A stretch of DNA of 64,000 nucleotides from a virus, in IMG/VR virus record IMGVR_UViG_3300020129_000672, positions 1 to 64,000 of that record; one strand, written 5' to 3'. The translations under genes and the position numbers were made by a program. Positions within the stretch are counted from its first letter, which is position 1, and each line of letters opens with the position of its first letter. This document shows positions 10,009-20,343 of this stretch, piece after piece. The notes under the pieces were generated by a model, which was not told the origin of the DNA, ran no database searches, and saw only the letters and a list, made by a program, of their open reading frames with translations.

Positions 10009-10041
10009 AGACGCCAGAGCGGGTCTCTGGCGTTTCGTCCA

Positions 10042-10717
10042 TTAAGGACTCGACGGTATGGCTGTGGTTGAAAAGTAACCCCGTTGCTCAAGGTGACGAA
10101 TAACGGCCTTCAACGATGGCCAGTAACCCATCAGATTGCCGGCCGGGGCACGGAGTGAAGTTTGTCGGCCGGAAATTCGGGCGTCAAAGTCACCGGCCCG
10201 TGTGTGGATACGGTAGGAACCATTTCCAATTTTTGTGAACCGAGCATTCATGGCAGGAAGCACGTTAGAGCCCGCCCAAAGTCGGCCAAGCTGGTTTCAC
10301 CGACGCGTAGGGACTCGATAAGAACCGGCAGGTTGTTCCAAGCGGCAAGGATGATCGAGCGTTGATGGACCGCCGCGTAGGACAGTAGTAGGGCGAGGAC
10401 GACAATGCCGGTCGTGCAGGATTGACGTTCAGTCATGGCAGGAAGGCGGTTAGAAGTTCACAGAGCTTGACCGTCGCCGACCGGAGGACCTCCCCGCGGT
10501 TGACCAACGTCCAATCCTGGCCGGCGTCGATTGATAGCCGGTCGTCCGGATTGTCGCACAAGGTGGTGACATACCAACTTCCGGGCGTCCCTTCAATTTG
10601 AAGGACCGGACCAAGTTGGCCGGGGCGGAGGATGACCGACCGGGGTTTATCCTCCGGCCGGCCTTTGTAGGTGCACCGTGCTTGAACGGGCAGAGTGATG
10701 GTAGTGAAGTGTTTCAT
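10042..10717 (-). other. three small coupled hypothetical ORFs (10042-10263, 10248-10436, 10433-10717)
   Basis: Overlapping start/stop junctions. Confidence 0.5.
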
Positions 10718-10821
10718 CAGGCTTGAGCAACCGGCGCACCACGCTTGATTGCGCGGTGGCCGGAGAGGCGCCTACCCCACGAGATGTGCGATAGGCGACG
10801 CTCCGACGAACGGTCAGAGGA

Positions 10822-11271
10822 TTACTTCGCAGCCGGAGCGGGCAGACTGGCCTTGAGCGTCGCCAGTTCAGCTTCGGCCTTGGACGCCCGCTCTTCGGCG
10901 GCGCTGAGGGCCGCAACGTCCGCCCCATCACCTTGCGAGAAGAAGATGCCCAAGGTGCCTGTCTTCGACAACGTAGCGGACTTGAATGCCATCTTGCCCG
11001 TGCCATTGACATTCACCATCAAGGCCAGCATGGCACTCCCAATCTCCCGCTTCGCCTGCTTGATCGCCCCCTTGGCAGCCTGACCCTTAAGGCCAAGCCC
11101 AGCCAAGTCAGGTGCACCAGCTTTGGATTTCGTGGGCAGGAAACAGAACCGAATGGCCCCACTGTCCTTCGTGACGGTCCGGACGAGCCGGTGAACTCCC
11201 GGACTGAGGTTGACCGTAAGACCGTCGGCGATGGTGATGGGAAGGACCGAAACTGCATTGTTTGTGCTCAT
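10822..11271 (-). CDS. hypothetical protein, first gene of the leftward operon
   Basis: Ala/Lys-rich ORF of ~149 aa. Confidence 0.65.
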   Translation of the reverse strand: MSTNNAVSVLPITIADGLTVNLSPGVHRLVRTVTKDSGAIRFCFLPTKSKAGAPDLAGLGLKGQAAKGAIKQAKREIGSAMLALMVNVNGTGKMAFKSATLSKTGTLGIFFSQGDGADVAALSAAEERASKAEAELATLKASLPAPAAK

Positions 11272-11882
11272 GTGTTGTACTTTCAAAAGTAGGGTATTGG
11301 CCGGTCAGAAATTGACCGTTGAACCACTGGGCGACGATGACGCTCCCTTGATACCAGTGGATTGCCCCGGACGTTAAGGCGGGCCGGGAATTTCCTTGCG
11401 TGTTGAGTCACGCCGTTGATAGGTGACGCCCGTTACCGGGAAGTCCCGCAGGTTTGACCGTCCGCAATGTCCCGCCCACGTACCGCTCGCCTAAGGGTCC
11501 CATAAATCACCCGGCAACCATACCGTCTGTCACTGCCGGTAAATGGGATACTTCGGACCGAACTCCGTGGGCGGGCCGCTAAGTATTGGCCCGCCTTGCT
11601 CCATGCTGGGATTCTTGGGACCGGCCGCGTTACCGCCGTCTCCATCCGTTACCCAGAGTTTGTAAAGAACCACCACGTTGCCGGAGACCGACCGAAGCCG
11701 AATCCCGACACCTTATCCACGTAAATGGGCGGAAAGGCGGGAATGGCAGAGGGAAGGGAGGGAAAGGATGCACATATCAGGATGGGGAGATGCGTAAATA
11801 GCAGGAAGGGAGGACAGGAATGGCAGAATGAGGGAGGGGGGACCGATGCCATCCATTCAACTCCCCCTTCCGGCCAGTTATT

Positions 11883-11928
11883 TGGGTGAATACACCCACT
11901 CTCAGCCAATTATGGGTGAATACACCCA
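11883..11928. repeat. tandem 16-bp palindromic repeat TGGGTG-AATA-CACCCA x2 (30-bp period), operator-like
   Basis: Identical copies at 11883-11898 and 11913-11928. Confidence 0.85.
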
Positions 11929-12564
11929 ATTACCCCCATCCAGCCACCTACCCTTTCCACACCCCATAGCAGCCCCCACCGCCTTGCCGGTCAATCCCGC
12001 TCCCTTTGCCCACCCATCGGCCTATCGTGGCCCATATGGCAAGCTAGGGGGGCAAGAATGGGCATCCTAGGAGTGGGTGAGAATGACCAGGTGGCGGGGG
12101 AAGGGTGGGGGCGGCCGGGGTGGGCGGCCGTGACGTGACGGGTCCCCCTTCACAGAATCCCAAAAATGCTGGTGGGTGTTGTTGGCCTGGCTGGATTACT
12201 GGAATTTCGTTGGCGCAAAAATTGATTGGATTGGTTAATCTGCCAGCCGTGTCTAAATCGTCTCCTGAATCCCGGATCCTGCGTCATCAGTTGCGGCTGG
12301 CTCTGACTATCAGGCCACCCTACCGGCTTAGGCCACAGACCGTCAGGTATCTTCGTCTCCTCCGCGGCTTCCAGCGTGCGAGCTCGAGATCGACCTTAAG
12401 GTTTCGCTAGCGTCCCTAGGCGCCCATCTTTCATACAGCCTGCGGCTGATCGCTTGTCGGGCGCCGCCGGCTCCATGATGATCCCCATCATTCCAGCCGG
12501 TTGGAAAGATCGCGAGACATGTGGAGTTGATCTTCAGAGAGACATGAGACATTGATTATAAGAC

Positions 12565-13083
12565 ATGACGATCTTACAACTGGCTGCGACATTGGGTGTC
12601 GCTAAGAAAACAATTGAGCGATGGGTGAAGCTCGGTCTTCCTCGGCAGCAGGTGGACGGTGTATATGATTACGATCTGCCAGCCGTTCGAGCCTGGCGTC
12701 AAACAACCACCAAGACTGATCAGACTCTTTCGTCCGGTCCGTATGTTACGGGCGTTGTTAAAAACCATTTGGTGTCCGACCTGATGGATCAGCCGATTCG
12801 GCCGCCCGACCGGATGAAGCTGCCGGTCATTCCCGCCCTGTCGGTCCCGGCCGGTCCGGACGGTCGGCAGCAGCTGATCAGCCGGCTGCTTGGCGAATCC
12901 CGGGCGCTCCTCGCCTCTCTTCTTCGGCCGCTGTCTGTCGCAGAGAAAGCGGTGGAGCAGGCCAAGACGCCGGCCCAGCGATTACAGGAGGCGAATGTCC
13001 AGCTCGCCCAGGCGGGCGGCCTGCACGGTCAGGCGCTGGCGTTGGGCGCTGTTGGGGGCAACAATCGGTGGGGAACTATCTGA
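12565..13083 (+). CDS. HTH DNA-binding protein, lambda Nu1/MerR-like (possible terminase small subunit)
   Basis: MTILQLAATLGVAKKTIERWVKLGLP...YDLPAVRAW resembles the Nu1 wHTH. Confidence 0.65.
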   Translation: MTILQLAATLGVAKKTIERWVKLGLPRQQVDGVYDYDLPAVRAWRQTTTKTDQTLSSGPYVTGVVKNHLVSDLMDQPIRPPDRMKLPVIPALSVPAGPDGRQQLISRLLGESRALLASLLRPLSVAEKAVEQAKTPAQRLQEANVQLAQAGGLHGQALALGAVGGNNRWGTI

Positions 13084-13756
13084 CAATCTGCCTGAGCGAC
13101 GTCCACCAATCAGCCTTTGGCACCCACCGGCCGTCCACCAGGTTGGTCGCTCGGCCCGGTCTGTCTGGTGATTCCACCCATATGCCGTGCGCCAGGCAGA
13201 TCGGTCGATGCTCAAACAAATGGCATTCACCACGTTGATCGCGCGCCACCCACTCAGCCCAATCAGGAAGCTCCAAGCCGGGAGGTAGGGAAATCATCTT
13301 GTCCGGCGGTTGTTGCTGACTCCACTCCACGTCTTTTAAGCGCAGCTCGCCCGTCTTCATCCGCTCGATCAACCCTAGCTTGATCAACCGCGCGATTATC
13401 AGGTGGACACTCCGCGGGCTGCGGTAGCCTAGCCTGACCGTCAGATCACGGATCGACGGACTCTTCTTCTCCGTCTGCAGCAACTGCCGCAGCCACCGCA
13501 AGACCAGCCGTTCTTTCTGGCTGATCTTCGTCCCGACCGGCAGGTCGATCTCTGGCAGATCGTTCTCTGCCACCTGCTGCTGCTCCTGCCGCACGATCAG
13601 CGCCAGATCGGCCCACCGGTAACGCAGGCGAAGGTTGTCCATCATCTGCCTGTCCTGATCCTCCCTCGAGCATTGGAGTTCACCATCGGACAGCCGGGTG
13701 AGCGGCGCATGAATCGCCAGCCAGTCACGCAGGTCGCTAAATCGCCAATCTCTCAT
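13076..13756 (-). CDS. LexA-type DNA-binding-domain protein (no evident peptidase domain)
   Basis: SPSIRDLTVRLGYRSPRSVHLIIARLIKLGLIER. Confidence 0.75.
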   Translation of the reverse strand: MRDWRFSDLRDWLAIHAPLTRLSDGELQCSREDQDRQMMDNLRLRYRWADLALIVRQEQQQVAENDLPEIDLPVGTKISQKERLVLRWLRQLLQTEKKSPSIRDLTVRLGYRSPRSVHLIIARLIKLGLIERMKTGELRLKDVEWSQQQPPDKMISLPPGLELPDWAEWVARDQRGECHLFEHRPICLAHGIWVESPDRPGRATNLVDGRWVPKADWWTSLRQIVR

Positions 13757-13759
13757 CTG

Positions 13760-14140
13760 TTAGAACGGTCCAATGTTGTGCTTCTTCTGGAACGCCAGTT
13801 CATTCATCTCGTGAGTTATATGACCGTCCAGCCAGTTGTAATGACCAATCGGTTGATCAGGATCGAGCCGTCCTGTCGCTTCGATCAGACCCTGCACATC
13901 CGGCTGTGGCAGTCGCAGGTTCTCTAATTTATCCCACGCTCTGTCTTGGGCGGCCGCCGTTAGTTCTGGATCTTTTACTAACGGTCGGCTCTTGATCTGT
14001 CCGCGGTGGAACCGGTCGGCCAGGAACGTCCGGCAGTTCTGGTTCAACCGCGGGACATCCAGATCGAGCTTAATGGTCGAACCCGTATCGATTCCCCGTC
14101 TTATTGCCTCCCGCTGATCGACGTCGAATATGAATTTCAT
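13760..14140 (-). CDS. hypothetical protein
   Basis: TTGACC-N17-GATCTG-N7-ATG upstream. Confidence 0.65.
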   Translation of the reverse strand: MKFIFDVDQREAIRRGIDTGSTIKLDLDVPRLNQNCRTFLADRFHRGQIKSRPLVKDPELTAAAQDRAWDKLENLRLPQPDVQGLIEATGRLDPDQPIGHYNWLDGHITHEMNELAFQKKHNIGPF

Positions 14141-14185
14141 CTCCCGTCAGATCGGCCAACCAGCTTGGACGGTCAACGTCCGGCC

Positions 14186-14204
14186 TTTCCTCCCGGGTGG
14201 AAAG
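14186..14204. promoter_or_regulatory. TTTCCW-N6-TGGAAAG palindromic site between divergent promoters
   Basis: tttcct cccggg tggaaag. Confidence 0.7.
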
Positions 14205-14249
14205 CACAAGCTTGATCTACCGCCGGTCAGTCAAATACCTATCAGACTG

Positions 14250-14717
14250 ATGAAACCAATGATGATCATCCCGCCCGACCTGATGAGTGAGACCGACCGC
14301 CAGTTGCTGAACGACAATGGCATTTGCGTGGTCGTCGCGCAGGATCCTGGCAAGGTTCGGTTTGTCGACCCCCTGCCGGTCGTCAGCAGCCGCAGTCAGA
14401 TCGAACAGGCGGCCATCCAGCTGTCACGGAAATTACTAAATCGAAAGGTGTTTAATACCGACTGGAGCGGCGAGAAGGAAGTTAGCTGGATTATTGCTCA
14501 AGCGTTCGCTCAATTATTGACCATCGGTACGCCTCTCTCAGGCGAACCAACCCAAGCTGAATTGGAACAAAAAGTGTATGACGAAACAAAGTTGCAGGAA
14601 ATGCGGGTGCTGGCCAAGGAAGACGCACGGGCTGATCACCTTCGTCAGAAGACACTGGCGGCCGAGGCAGTTAAATCACAGGTTAAGAAACTAACTCGAG
14701 AAGGAACTGGTCGATGA
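14250..14717 (+). CDS. hypothetical protein (start revised to MKPMMI)
   Basis: Promoter directly upstream. Confidence 0.7.
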   Translation: MKPMMIIPPDLMSETDRQLLNDNGICVVVAQDPGKVRFVDPLPVVSSRSQIEQAAIQLSRKLLNRKVFNTDWSGEKEVSWIIAQAFAQLLTIGTPLSGEPTQAELEQKVYDETKLQEMRVLAKEDARADHLRQKTLAAEAVKSQVKKLTREGTGR

Positions 14718-15208
14718 ATACCCTGCCACCGACAGAGCCTGATAGGTGGAGTTGGAAAATGCAGTACTGCAAAGACCGCGGAGTTCCACCGGCCAATCCT
14801 GCCATCTGGGAAGAGGCAGAACGAGCATGGCTTGCTAGAACAGCTCCGGCGGCAGATCCGCCTTCAACCTGCCGCACCTGCCGGCCTCAACCGATCGCCC
14901 AGCCGGTCAAGCCACTGACCGACCGGATCAACCTCTACCTGCGAAATCTCTCACCCCACATGCGCGGCCGCCTGGGCGTCCTGCTACTCGACGAGGCGGA
15001 GAGTCGGCTGAAGAACTTGGAGGAGACGGAGCGGCGGTATCAGGAGCTGATCATGCTGGTTGGTCAGAAGGTGGAGGGCGAGACGCGGCACCAGACGGCC
15101 GCGCGGTATATCACTCAGGCGGAAACTATTTCTTCTGCTGATCAATCAGCCATATCTCCCCACCGGCCAACCATCCCAAAAACCACCGATCCCGTTCCAC
15201 CGTCTTAG
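14714..15208 (+). CDS. hypothetical protein
   Basis: ATGA-coupled to the previous gene. Confidence 0.6.
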   Translation: MNTLPPTEPDRWSWKMQYCKDRGVPPANPAIWEEAERAWLARTAPAADPPSTCRTCRPQPIAQPVKPLTDRINLYLRNLSPHMRGRLGVLLLDEAESRLKNLEETERRYQELIMLVGQKVEGETRHQTAARYITQAETISSADQSAISPHRPTIPKTTDPVPPS

Positions 15209-15317
15209 GGTAATATGGATTATCATCTGACGTCAGGTTATTGCTACGGCCGGCGTCGAATCCTTCTTGATAGATCTCGCGCAACCGTCTTCGACTTGTA
15301 CTAAGTCGTCGCTTCAT
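15126..15317 (-). CDS. ribosome-modulation-factor (Rmf)-fold-like small protein
   Basis: YQEGFDAG...DDNPY...RDRWFLGW. Confidence 0.55.
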   Translation of the reverse strand: MKRRLSTSRRRLREIYQEGFDAGRSNNLTSDDNPYYPKTVERDRWFLGWLAGGEIWLIDQQKK

Positions 15318-15505
15318 CAGCCAACGTATGGCTTTAACGCCTCGGGCCCGAACGTCGCGTCGTTATATTCCTGGTCGGGCGTGAACCAACAGCAGTCGAC
15401 TCGGTACCGGTCTTCCTCCGGATCGTGCCACACGAGGTCGACCGTCAGTGGCGGCCCACCGCTCTTGAGCTGCACGATGTCACCGGCCTTGAATTGATTG
15501 CTCAT
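15317..15505 (-). CDS. YodC/DUF2158 family protein
   Basis: FKAGDIVQLKSGGPPLTV...CCWF...FGPEAL. Confidence 0.85.
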   Translation of the reverse strand: MSNQFKAGDIVQLKSGGPPLTVDLVWHDPEEDRYRVDCCWFTPDQEYNDATFGPEALKPYVG

Positions 15506-15549
15506 CCTGGCAATCATTGATCGCCATCATCGTCCATGCCAGTTCCAGC

Positions 15550-15568
15550 TTTCCATCCGGCTGGAAAG
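15550..15568. promoter_or_regulatory. TTTCCA-N6-TGGAAAG site between divergent promoters
   Basis: tttcca tccggc tggaaag. Confidence 0.75.
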
Positions 15569-15612
15569 CCCGGGCTTGATCAGCCTCGATCACTACCACA
15601 ACAGTGCGGCTG

Positions 15613-16383
15613 ATGACGATCAGCGAACTCCTTCCGCCCTTCCGGCCCTACCGGCTGCAGGACGATCAGACCAGGCGCCAGGCCCACCACGATCTGCAAC
15701 AGCTGGCGGCCCAGGCCGATCTCCAACAGCTGACCCTCCCGGCCGACCTGCACGACCGCCTGGTCAGGCTGTGGATCCGCTTCACACCAGAGGCGGAAGA
15801 ACAGCAGGTACTGGCCGACCTGATGGACTGGCTGGAGCAGGCGCTGCGGAATTATCAACCGGCGGTTCATCCAGCCACACCAGCGGCCGCTCCGCGCGAC
15901 CAGAATGAACAGGAAGAAATATTATTGGCCGCTGAATTAACTGAAGTATGGAATCGGGCTCTTCGTGAGTCTAGTACTCTCACTCCATGTCCTTTTGGCG
16001 GTAATGACGATCAGGCCTGGCTGGCGGTCGCCCGGACGGTCTTGAAGCGCGAGCATAATCAGGTGTTCGCACTGAAACTCGAAGACATTTACGAAACGGG
16101 TAATGACCGACAGTCGGGTGTTCGAATGATTGCCATAGAGCGCGCACGTCAGATCGAACAGGAGGGCCATACGGAAGAGAGGGATGACCAATACGATCAT
16201 CAGCAATTAACCAATGCAGCAATTGCTTATGCCAGATCAAACTTAGCCGGACAAGGTATTGGTCAGGCCCATTGGCCATGGCAGCCATCGACGTTCAAGC
16301 CAACCACTTCGATTCGCAACCTTGTTAAGGCCGGAGCGTTGCTGGCGGCTGAGATCGATCGGCTTCAACGATTAGCCAAATGA
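15613..16383 (+). CDS. phage protein with a conserved C-terminal domain (ERARQIEQEG...WPW...RNLVKAGALLAAEIDRL)
   Basis: Widespread phage motif of unknown function. Confidence 0.75.
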   Translation: MTISELLPPFRPYRLQDDQTRRQAHHDLQQLAAQADLQQLTLPADLHDRLVRLWIRFTPEAEEQQVLADLMDWLEQALRNYQPAVHPATPAAAPRDQNEQEEILLAAELTEVWNRALRESSTLTPCPFGGNDDQAWLAVARTVLKREHNQVFALKLEDIYETGNDRQSGVRMIAIERARQIEQEGHTEERDDQYDHQQLTNAAIAYARSNLAGQGIGQAHWPWQPSTFKPTTSIRNLVKAGALLAAEIDRLQRLAK

Positions 16384-17490
16384 GCAACCACCGGCACGCT
16401 TATGGCTGGTCGGGCCATATCATCACTTCGACCGATGAGACTGACAGCAACCAACACCATAACCTGGTGGCCGTCCCGCCCGATCTGTTCAAGGCTCTGG
16501 CTGACGCCTACTATGAGGACACGCTGGACGACCGGGTGGAGGTCAAACAGCTGGGGGTTACTAATAGCGACACAATCTTCCTCGCCTGCGGATCTTCCTT
16601 CAGTGATGGGTTTACCTACTACGGAACGGTCTTTCAAGAAGCCGAATCCCGGTCAGCTCCGGGCCCTCAATCGGTAGATCATGACACTGAATACCTCAAG
16701 GCGATGAAAGACGTGTATGGGATTGATCTTCCGCCCTGTCAGTTGATGATCGGTTGTTCGTCTGAACATTAATTAGATGATTAATATGAAGAACGATATC
16801 AAGATCGAACATCATTCCAGACAAGTAATCGAGAATCGCTTGTTGACCGCGCTTGAAGAAGACGACAGCAAGGTCGCCATCCTCTGTAACCGGGAAGATC
16901 TGGAGCTCATCATCTCCGGCCTGGTCTCTCTTCGTGGGCAATCAAATTGTCGACCGATCGACCGGCAGAAGGCCGATGAGTTTGTTAGAAACCTCGACCG
17001 CCTGCTGGTTGGAGCCTTTCAACGATGAGCGAAGATCAGGAATTGCAAGACGCACTTGAGCTGTTGAAAAAAGCAGCCCGATCGTTGGGTGAGCATTTTG
17101 ATTCTGTTCAGATCTATTGTACCCGTCACATTCCGGACGAAGGAGCAGAGTCATTTAACTTTGGAATCGGTAATTGGTATGCCCGGTACGGTCAGGTCGC
17201 TGAGTGGATGATCAAGCAGGATGAAGATGCGCGGCTGCGGGTGAGGAAGGACGATCAGGAGGAGGAAGATTAATATGACGGACCAACGTCGCCAAGAGTT
17301 GTTCCGCGAATCGATGTACTGGCGATCGTGCCAGACCGACCTGCTGACCAAACAGGGTTGGATCCGGCTGGAAGAAGGGGAGTCACTCTACGCCCCCTAC
17401 CTCTGGCGTGATCCAACGACCGGCCTGATGTTTGGGCTTGAGCAGGCGTTCGAGATTGAGCTTCAACGCGCGGTTCAATTGGCTGGGTAA
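16380..17490 (+). other. four small hypothetical ORFs (16380-16772, 16777-17028, 17025-17273, 17275-17490)
   Basis: Tight, coupled packing. Confidence 0.6.
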
Positions 17491-17536
17491 TCCACCCCCG
17501 TTGACCACCCGACCCTTCGGGCTTAACTTGGAGCTG

Positions 17537-17920
17537 ATGCAAAAACTTGTGCTCCGACTCTTACGTCAAGCGGCGATCGATCGTCGAATATTGATGGACC
17601 TGTTGGAGCGCGAGCATCATGAACGAAAGAAAATTATGAGTGCACTGACTAACCTTACCGAATCCATCTCCGCCCTTTCGACCTCGGTCGATAACGCGGT
17701 GGCCGCCTTGGCCGCCCAACCGTCAAACGATCCGGCGATCCAGGCGGCGGCCGACCAGGTGACGGCCCTGACCGCCCAGTTGGACGCCGCGGTCAACCCG
17801 CCGGTCGTCACCCCGCCCCAACCGCCGGTCGTGCCCCAACAGTCGCCACGCACCCCCGCGCCGGCCCCCCGGTCGGTACTTGGCCAGGGCCATCCTCGGC
17901 CGATGAGCAACCGCCGCTAA
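17537..17920 (+). CDS. coiled-coil, Ala/Pro-rich hypothetical protein
   Basis: TTGACC-N17-TAACTT-N7-ATG. Confidence 0.65.
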   Translation: MQKLVLRLLRQAAIDRRILMDLLEREHHERKKIMSALTNLTESISALSTSVDNAVAALAAQPSNDPAIQAAADQVTALTAQLDAAVNPPVVTPPQPPVVPQQSPRTPAPAPRSVLGQGHPRPMSNRR

Positions 17921-17957
17921 ATTGACGACCGGGCTTTCACCGGCGACCATCGGTCCC

Positions 17958-18575
17958 GTGAAAGCCCTTCCCCTGCTGTTCCTCGTCGTCATCTGCCTGC
18001 TCGCCCGACCGGACGGCCTGAACCATCATGGAGCCCTCTGGCAGCCTCGTACAGCCTCGATTCCGCAGGAGACCACCAACTGGGCGGTCCTGACCGGTTG
18101 CACGCTCATATCGAACAGGAGCAACGACGGAGATAGCTTTCACGTCAGAGCTCAAGGAACCGACCGGATGTTCAGGCTGATCGGCGTTGATACGCTGGAG
18201 ACCGATTGGCGATACCCCCAGCGTGACCTCGAGCAGGCCGCACATTTCCGGATCAGCACCAATCTGGTCGTCCAGTACGGTCGGCAGGCGCAGCAGCTCA
18301 CAAGGAACCTGCTAAGCAGCGGCACCTTCACCGTCTACACCCGGTGGGCTGATGCACTGGGCGCCGGCCGACAACCGCGGTACCAAGCTTGGGTTGTTCT
18401 GGCCGACCGACGGGAACTGGGGGACGTCCTTCTTCAATCTGGTCTTGCCCGTGCACATGGCTACCGAGCGGACAATCCACTAACTCATCAGTCGGCCGCG
18501 GATGAGCAACTAAAATTGCTCGGTCTGGAGCGCCGAGCGATGACCAACCACGTTGGAATATGGAAAATAAATTAA
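17958..18575 (+). CDS. secreted thermonuclease (SNase family)
   Basis: Signal-like MKALPLLFLVVICLL; DGDSFHV, RLIGVDTLET, LLQSGLAR, ERRAMTNHVGIW. Confidence 0.9.
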   Translation: MKALPLLFLVVICLLARPDGLNHHGALWQPRTASIPQETTNWAVLTGCTLISNRSNDGDSFHVRAQGTDRMFRLIGVDTLETDWRYPQRDLEQAAHFRISTNLVVQYGRQAQQLTRNLLSSGTFTVYTRWADALGAGRQPRYQAWVVLADRRELGDVLLQSGLARAHGYRADNPLTHQSAADEQLKLLGLERRAMTNHVGIWKIN

Positions 18576-19324
18576 TCTGCTGCACGCCCAAGAGCCTGCA
18601 CCCGTCAGTTCAAATCGCGGCCGCCACCCGGGCGATCGAGGTCAACCCGGTTAACGCCAACCTCGGCCTGGCGCTGACCCTTCCACCGATGCATCTGGCG
18701 CTCTTGACCGGCCGACTCTGGCCGTCAACGGGCGTTCGTCTCACCGTCTCGTTCTTGGACAACCCGGAGGCGGCACTTAGGAGCAGGATCCTGCTGCACA
18801 TGAATGCCTGGAACAAGACGGCGAACATCGAGTTTACTGAGACGGCCAAGGATGGTCAGGTTCGGATCGCCCGGACGGTCGGTGAAGGCTATTGGAGTTA
18901 CATCGGGACCGACATCTTGCACGTGCCGCTGACCGAACAGACGATGAACCTCGAGGCGTTCACCATGCAGACGCCTGATAGCGAATTTCATCGGGTGGTC
19001 AGGCATGAAACTGGCCATACTTTGGCGGCTGAGCATGAACATCTTCGACGAGAGTTCGTGAAGTTGATAGACCGAACGAAGGCTATTAAATACTTCATGC
19101 GGACCCAAGGATGGACGCGCGCGGACGTCCTATCTCAGGTGCTGACTCCCCTGGAAGACAAGCAACTGACAGCCACACCGATGGCCGATCAGCAATCGAT
19201 AATGTGTTACCAAATTCCGGGCGCGATCACCCGATCGGGCAAGCCCATCATCGGCGGCCTCGACATCGACGACCAGGATTACGCGCTGATGGGCCGGATC
19301 TACCCAAAGACGGTTTCTACCTGA
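18560..19324 (+). CDS. zinc metallopeptidase (astacin/M12-like metzincin)
   Basis: GYWSYIGTD, HETGHTLAAEHEH, SIMCY Met-turn. Confidence 0.88.
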   Translation: MENKLICCTPKSLHPSVQIAAATRAIEVNPVNANLGLALTLPPMHLALLTGRLWPSTGVRLTVSFLDNPEAALRSRILLHMNAWNKTANIEFTETAKDGQVRIARTVGEGYWSYIGTDILHVPLTEQTMNLEAFTMQTPDSEFHRVVRHETGHTLAAEHEHLRREFVKLIDRTKAIKYFMRTQGWTRADVLSQVLTPLEDKQLTATPMADQQSIMCYQIPGAITRSGKPIIGGLDIDDQDYALMGRIYPKTVST

Positions 19325-19332
19325 TTGGAAAG
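19314..19332. promoter_or_regulatory. TTTCYA-N6-TGGAAAG site upstream of a leaderless promoter
   Basis: tttcta cctgat tggaaag, then TTGTTC-N17-GACCGT-N7-ATG. Confidence 0.65.
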
Positions 19333-19375
19333 CTAAGGCTTGTTCTAACAAGTCAATTGGTCGACCGTCGCCTGG

Positions 19376-19813
19376 ATGAGAGAATCAATTCAGGACGTTG
19401 CCCGCCAGTACGCCCGGACGTTCACCATCATCCAGCACGCTCCGCGGTTGCCCTCCGCGGAGGAGTTTGCGCGGGCGAAAGAACTGACGGCGGCTGATCA
19501 GCAGGCGCTCGACCGGGCGAAGCTCAGGCGCCAACAGCGGGCGGACCGAAAGGCCGCTCAGGTTGAACGTGCAATTGATGGATTAATTAAGATGGTGACG
19601 CTCAGGTGGAAATGCCAATGCGCCTATGGTGCTCCGTATTGGCAGACGCTTGATATTTTTGAGAGCGATGAATGTGGCGCAGAGATTGAAACCGAGGAAC
19701 ATCCTGATGAAGTGGATCAACAACTTTGTTCCGTCGAATGCTCTCGGTGTCACAACATACTTAATCAGCATGACGACAGTCCAGAGATCGTTAAACCAAA
19801 AGGAAGCCAATGA
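19376..19813 (+). CDS. hypothetical protein with Cys motifs
   Basis: Promoter directly upstream. Confidence 0.65.
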   Translation: MRESIQDVARQYARTFTIIQHAPRLPSAEEFARAKELTAADQQALDRAKLRRQQRADRKAAQVERAIDGLIKMVTLRWKCQCAYGAPYWQTLDIFESDECGAEIETEEHPDEVDQQLCSVECSRCHNILNQHDDSPEIVKPKGSQ

Positions 19814-20343
19814 AATCAGAACAGGTGGTTAAAGAGCTGGCGTACGGGACGGCCGTCATGCTGATCGTTCTGTTTGGCGCGGCGATCATTGTTCAGTTCC
19901 TGCCTAATCCAGCGCGCGAGACCGGGCAGGCTCGGGTGGTGGAGGGCAGAACGAACATCCTGCAGTGGACCAATAATGTCCCGGTTGTGGTGGGCAGTAA
20001 TATCTATAACCGTGATGATCTGCTTATCAAAATCACTCCGAAGTTCAAACTGTTCGTCACTGATCAATCGGCCACCAATGAGCATTTTGTTAACTCTTGG
20101 ATGGCCATTCAGAACGGCGCCACCAATTGGTTTTTGGCCGAAGAGTTTTGGCTGGAGACCGCGCTGGTGACCCGGACCATCACACTCGACCTTGGGCTAG
20201 GTCAGATCGAGATCGACCGAACACACCTTAACCGGACTGAATGTCCGTTAAACAGCGAGACACGCTTGATCTACCTCACGGACTACACGAACTTGGTGAT
20301 CCAACTTCCGGATGGAAGTCAGCTAACTATCTCAAAACAATGA
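19810..20343 (+). CDS. membrane-anchored hypothetical protein
   Basis: N-terminal TM segment AVMLIVLFGAAIIVQFL. Confidence 0.65.
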   Translation: MKSEQVVKELAYGTAVMLIVLFGAAIIVQFLPNPARETGQARVVEGRTNILQWTNNVPVVVGSNIYNRDDLLIKITPKFKLFVTDQSATNEHFVNSWMAIQNGATNWFLAEEFWLETALVTRTITLDLGLGQIEIDRTHLNRTECPLNSETRLIYLTDYTNLVIQLPDGSQLTISKQ

